Shown here in pieces: positions 59,551 to 64,000 of a stretch of DNA of 64,000 nucleotides. The DNA comes from an uncultured delta proteobacterium (GTDB taxonomy: Bacteria > Desulfobacterota > Binatia > Binatales > Binataceae). A model generated the notes under the pieces. It was not told where the DNA came from, made no database searches, and worked only from the letters and a program-made list of their open reading frames with translations. A program made the translations under genes and the position numbers. How positions within the stretch are numbered: position 1 is the first letter of the stretch; each line of letters opens with the position of its first letter. The DNA lies in assembly GCA_963842085.1 (NCBI GenBank), contig CAWJET010000001.1, positions 2,656,001 through 2,720,000 on the forward strand. Direction: 5' to 3'.

Positions 59551-61443
59551 GTGGGCCTGCTCAACCCGCGCAACCTCGCTTATGGACTCAGCCTCGCGCT
59601 GTTGGTGCTGATTTACCTGCGCTCGCGCTCGCGTCCGACGATCGAAGTGTCGAGCCTGATGCTGTTTGACGAAGCGCCCGCGCCGGTCGCGAGCGTCCGT
59701 CACGTGCGGCTCGATCCGCTGTTCTGGCTCGAGATGGCGACGCTGTCCGCGCTGACGCTTGCGATTGCGGGACTGTACGTGATGAGCGCGCCCGCACCGG
59801 GTCACGGCCGCAGCCATGCGCTGGTGTTCGATCTCGGCGCCGGGATGAGCGCGCGCGACAGCGCCGGCACAAGACTGGAGCAGGCCCGGCGCGATGCAAT
59901 GGATATAATCGATCAAGCGCCGGTTGGAGACGAGTTCAGCGTTATCGCGTACGCGCTGGAGGCGCAGGTGCGTCATCCGCAGACGGCGAACCGGGCCGAT
60001 TTGCGCAAAGCGCTTGGCGAGCTGATTCCGATGGCGGTGCCTGCACGCACGGCGGCTCTGAGAGCCGCGCTGATTCGCGCGCGCGGCACGTCGGAAATCG
60101 ATCTGTTCGCCGATCGGCCGCCCGCGCCGACGCTCCTTGCCGACGCCGGCTCGATCGCACGCATAAATTTCCACCAGGTCGGCTCCGGCGACTCGAACCT
60201 GGCGATCGTATCGCTCGATCCCGGCGTGCCGGGCTCGACGCGTGGCCGCGCTGTGATTCGCAATTTCTCTGCCCGGCCTCATCCTGCCGAACTGGCCATC
60301 GACCTCGGCAACAGCGAAGTGTTTCATCAGACCCTGATGCTCGCGCCGCGTGAACAGGTGGTGGTGGGGTTTGGACCGCTCCCGACCGGGGGTCTGCTGC
60401 ACGCGCGAATCCTGACTCCTGATGCGATCGAAGCTGACAACAGCCGATACGCCTACGCGCCGTCCGAGCAGGCGGCTCGGGCGCTGGTGCTCTCCCCCGA
60501 CCCCGCGGTGCGCGACGACATCGCGCGCGTGCTGCTTGCGGTAAACGGGAATTTCCAGATCGAGGCCGCCGATCCCGCCACGTATCTGGCGCAGGCAAAT
60601 TCATCCGGCGCGAACGCGAAGCCGTTTGACCTGGTTGTAATGCACGATTGCTATGCGCCAGTGGCAGGGGCCGGGTCGATGCTGCTCATCTATCCGCCGC
60701 AAAACGTGAAGAATTCTCCGTACGCTGGCGTCGGAATCTCCGTCAATGGAACGATGGCGAGCGCGGATATTCGCGGTGACCAGATGGATGAATCGGCGGG
60801 AATCGAATCGCTGGCGCTGGGCCCGACGCGAATTGTCGCGCTCCCCGAATGGATGGATCTGCTTGCGACCGCTACCGGCCCCGGTCAGTCGTCGATTCCT
60901 CTGGCCGCGGTCGGACGCGCCGCGGGCGGTCCCGTCGGCGTACTGGCATTCGACGTGCGCGATCATCTTCTGCTTGCGCCCGATCATCTCGACGCGCTGG
61001 TGCTGACGGTCAATCTGATCAAACAACTGACCGCGCCGCGCGACATCTTGATCGTGCCAACCGGCGCCGATGTGAGCGTACCCGCAACTGGAACCGCGCG
61101 AATCACCCAGCCTGACGCAAGCGTACGCACCATCACAGCCGACAAATGGGGCCGTGTGCGAATCCGTCCGCTGCAGGCCGGTCGCTACGCCGTCGAGTCG
61201 GGCGGCGCGACGACGCAGGTGCTCGCCAACTATTACGACGCCGCCGAGTCCGACCTCGGTGCGAAACCGCAGGCCGAAGCGAACGCGCCTGCGGCAAAGA
61301 CCGCGGCCGCATCGAGCGCGCCGTCGGCCAAGGAAGTGCAGCCGCTGGTTTTCATTTTGATCGCGCTGGTGCTGCTCGCCTTGACCGTTGAATCCGCGAT
61401 GCTGATTAGCCACGCCGGCCGCTGGGGGATGCGCCATGTTTGA
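59551..61443 (+). CDS. BatA N-terminal + degenerate VWA domain membrane protein
   Basis: LLNP...LVLIYL....VSSLML BatA motif; MIDAS degenerate (DLGAGM); DN..Y; C-terminal TM segment. Confidence 0.85.
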   Translation: MGLLNPRNLAYGLSLALLVLIYLRSRSRPTIEVSSLMLFDEAPAPVASVRHVRLDPLFWLEMATLSALTLAIAGLYVMSAPAPGHGRSHALVFDLGAGMSARDSAGTRLEQARRDAMDIIDQAPVGDEFSVIAYALEAQVRHPQTANRADLRKALGELIPMAVPARTAALRAALIRARGTSEIDLFADRPPAPTLLADAGSIARINFHQVGSGDSNLAIVSLDPGVPGSTRGRAVIRNFSARPHPAELAIDLGNSEVFHQTLMLAPREQVVVGFGPLPTGGLLHARILTPDAIEADNSRYAYAPSEQAARALVLSPDPAVRDDIARVLLAVNGNFQIEAADPATYLAQANSSGANAKPFDLVVMHDCYAPVAGAGSMLLIYPPQNVKNSPYAGVGISVNGTMASADIRGDQMDESAGIESLALGPTRIVALPEWMDLLATATGPGQSSIPLAAVGRAAGGPVGVLAFDVRDHLLLAPDHLDALVLTVNLIKQLTAPRDILIVPTGADVSVPATGTARITQPDASVRTITADKWGRVRIRPLQAGRYAVESGGATTQVLANYYDAAESDLGAKPQAEANAPAAKTAAASSAPSAKEVQPLVFILIALVLLALTVESAMLISHAGRWGMRHV

Positions 61444-64000
61444 TCGGCCGTATCTGCTCTGGCTGCTGGTGCTCGTGCCGCTGGCCGCGACGCCGGGAAT
61501 TCTCGCGATGCGCGCCGGATTGCGTCTGGCGGGCGCTGCGGCTGCGACCCTTCGCGCGGCGTGCGTCGTAGCTCTGGTCGCGATGCTCGCGGGGCTGCGC
61601 ATTCCGGGACGAATCGCTGCGCGGAGCGTCGTGGTAGTCGCGGCGCTCGACGAGTCGCGTTCGGTGTCGCCCGATCAACAGGATTGGATGCGCAGCCAGA
61701 TCGAACGGCTGAAGTCCTCGATGGCTCCGACCGACCGGCTTGCGATTGTCGGCTTTGGCCGCGACGCGCGGCTGCTGGCGCCGTTGACCGATCCCCGGCT
61801 GTTGGGTCACTTCGGCGACGGTGTCGATGGGGGAGCCACCAACATTGCCGGCGCGCTTACCGCGGCTGAGAGCCTTTTCCCGTCGGAGGCGGACAAGCGA
61901 ATCGTGTTGCTGAGCGACGGCAACGAGACCGAGGATTCCGCGATGACGGAAGTTCCTGCGATGCTCGAGGATGATGTGCGAATCTTCGCCGCCGCGCCGC
62001 CGCCATCGGCGAGCGAGAGAATCGCGGTCACCAATTTCTATTCCCCGGACACGGTCCGCGCCGATCAGCAGTTTGCATTCAGAATCGACGTTGAAAGTGA
62101 ATCGCAGTCTCCCGTTGTCGCCCTGCTCAAGCTCGACCGCGATGGCGTCGCGGTCGGCGGTGAATCGATTACGCTCAAGCCGGGGCTGAACCGCTTCGAG
62201 CTGCCGTATCGGCTGGCGCGCCCGGGCGCATACCTGATGAGCGCGGAAGTGTCGATTGCTGCGCCGCGGGTGGCGCTGAATCCGCGGGTCGAGGCCGCGA
62301 TTTCGGTGACCGGCGCGCCGCGGATTCTCATCGCCTCGGCCACGCCGCCGGAAAGCCTCGTGACCGCGCTCAGGATGCGCAACTACCGGATAGATTTCGT
62401 GTCGCCACGCAGCCTGAGCGAGCACCCGGCGGACTACCTGCCTTATCAACTGGTGATCCTCGACGATGTACCCGAGGGCTCACTGACGCCCGCGGCGCAG
62501 CACGCCCTGAATCGCTACGTTGCCGACTACGGCGGCGGACTGGTCGCCACGGGCGACACCTTGCGCGACGACAAACTAGCCGGCGGCGAGCTGGAAAAAG
62601 CATTGCCGGTGAAGTTCGTGCCGCAGCCGCCGCCCCCGTCGCGCGAGCCGATCGCCGTTTATCTATGCATCGATCGCTCGAACTCGATGAGCTACGACTC
62701 GCGCTATCCGGCGGTGCGCGATGGCGAGCGTATCCGCTACGCCAAGCAAGCGGCCATCGCCTTGCTGCGCCAGCTCGACGACACCGACTTCGCCGGCGTG
62801 ATCGCCTTCGATTCGCAGCCGTACGTGCTCGCGCATCTGCAGCCGCTCGGCGACGATCGCGGCGAGCTCGAGAACCGCATCGACCGCCTGCAACCCGGCG
62901 GCGGCACCGACTTCAAGGAAGCGCTCGAAATCGCGGAACGTGAGATTCTGCAAAGCGGCATCCCGGTGCGCCAGGTGATTCTGCTCACCGACGGCGACAC
63001 CAACCGCCAGTACCACGACCACGACGATCTGATCGCCGAATTCGCCCGCCAGCACATCCCGGTCTCGACCATCCGCATCGGCCCCGACCTCGCCAATCTG
63101 CAACTGCTGCAGGACTTCGCGCAGGCGACCGGCGGCATCTTCTATCGCGTGCAGGATATCGAGAAGCTGCCGCTGCTGCTGGTCGGGCTCACGCGCGAGG
63201 CGATGAACCGGCGCAAGCAGGATCGCACTACCGTCGAGGCCGGCCAGGCGTCCGCGATGCTCTCCGGCATTACCATCAAGGAGATTCCGCCGATCGATTT
63301 TTTCGCCGCGGCCGAGCCCAAGGACGGTGCGCAAGTCGCGCTCAAGATCGTGCGCGCCGACAAAACTGCACCGCTGCTCGCGTCGTGGCAATATGGACTC
63401 GGCCGCACCGCGATTTTCGCCGCCGATCCCGATTCGCTCGGCACGCTTAGCTGGATTCGATGGAACCGCTACGCGGAATTCTGGTCGCAGATGGCGGGCT
63501 GGACGATGCGCCAGGGCGACTCCGGGATGTTCACGATGCGCGCCCACGGCGCACCTGACGGCTCGATCAGCGTCGAGGCTGAGAAGGCCGATCCCAATCC
63601 CGCGAGCAACCTGGTCTGCCGGATCACAGGACCGCGGCGGGCCGTCGATGTTGCGATGACCGAGACCGACGCCTCGGTCTATCGCGGCGAAGTCGGGCCG
63701 CTGCCACGCGGCAAGTACGTCGCGACGCTGATGTTCAAGGCGGGCGATTCCGAAAAAGTCCTCGAGCAGCGCGAATTCGCCGCCGCCGGATCGATTCCAG
63801 CCGACGGCGCCGAGTTGCGCATCAAGCCGCCCAATCTCGAACTCTTGCGCCGGCTATCGACCGCGACGCACGGCGCGTTCGACGCTCCCGCCGCGACGAT
63901 TGCCCGCCACAGCGGTCGGACCGTGGCATTTCGCCATAGCGCGAATTCGTGGCTGATTCCAATTGTCATTATGCTGTTCCTGGGAGAAGTTTTCGTGCGA
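61436..64000 (+). CDS. Double-VWA / GATase-like membrane protein (stop just beyond the window)
   Basis: Manual translation from ATG 61436: MFDRPYLLWLL..., DESRS, LLSDGNET, DRSNSM, GGGT, LLTDG, WQYGLGR, ending in the TM segment LIPIVIMLFLGEVFVR. Absent from the ORF track because there is no stop in the window. Confidence 0.88.
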   Translation, partial: MFDRPYLLWLLVLVPLAATPGILAMRAGLRLAGAAAATLRAACVVALVAMLAGLRIPGRIAARSVVVVAALDESRSVSPDQQDWMRSQIERLKSSMAPTDRLAIVGFGRDARLLAPLTDPRLLGHFGDGVDGGATNIAGALTAAESLFPSEADKRIVLLSDGNETEDSAMTEVPAMLEDDVRIFAAAPPPSASERIAVTNFYSPDTVRADQQFAFRIDVESESQSPVVALLKLDRDGVAVGGESITLKPGLNRFELPYRLARPGAYLMSAEVSIAAPRVALNPRVEAAISVTGAPRILIASATPPESLVTALRMRNYRIDFVSPRSLSEHPADYLPYQLVILDDVPEGSLTPAAQHALNRYVADYGGGLVATGDTLRDDKLAGGELEKALPVKFVPQPPPPSREPIAVYLCIDRSNSMSYDSRYPAVRDGERIRYAKQAAIALLRQLDDTDFAGVIAFDSQPYVLAHLQPLGDDRGELENRIDRLQPGGGTDFKEALEIAEREILQSGIPVRQVILLTDGDTNRQYHDHDDLIAEFARQHIPVSTIRIGPDLANLQLLQDFAQATGGIFYRVQDIEKLPLLLVGLTREAMNRRKQDRTTVEAGQASAMLSGITIKEIPPIDFFAAAEPKDGAQVALKIVRADKTAPLLASWQYGLGRTAIFAADPDSLGTLSWIRWNRYAEFWSQMAGWTMRQGDSGMFTMRAHGAPDGSISVEAEKADPNPASNLVCRITGPRRAVDVAMTETDASVYRGEVGPLPRGKYVATLMFKAGDSEKVLEQREFAAAGSIPADGAELRIKPPNLELLRRLSTATHGAFDAPAATIARHSGRTVAFRHSANSWLIPIVIMLFLGEVFVR

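Overview
A high-GC bacterial chromosomal window that is mostly housekeeping. The gene order (xerC-hslVU-argBDFGH-lysA-dapF-dapA) and the many LLM/F420-type, acyl-CoA dehydrogenase and diiron genes suggest a deltaproteobacteria-like lineage such as Ca. Binatota; this is inference only. Contents in order: glmS/glmU, xerC-hslVU, a small decayed island, arg/lys/dap biosynthesis, hisHF-ribH, redox and catabolic genes, a frameshifted higBA, nth and a MoxR/VWA operon that runs off the right edge. Strongest non-obvious signals: (1) a complete glmS ribozyme (GlcN6P-activated self-cleaving RNA) between glmU and glmS; (2) a ~2.2 kb island between hslU and argB, bounded by a degenerate ~85 bp duplication of the argB 5' end and carrying an integrase remnant; (3) a two-hairpin repeat family with a compensatory base change, two copies of which bracket an unusual ferredoxin/Zn-ribbon fusion gene in inverted orientation; (4) an archaeal-type lumazine synthase; (5) a 58-aa Cys/His protein between argG and argH that is absent from the ORF track; (6) a 1-bp deletion fusing HigB to HigA. 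All calls come from reading motifs by eye; no database searches were run.
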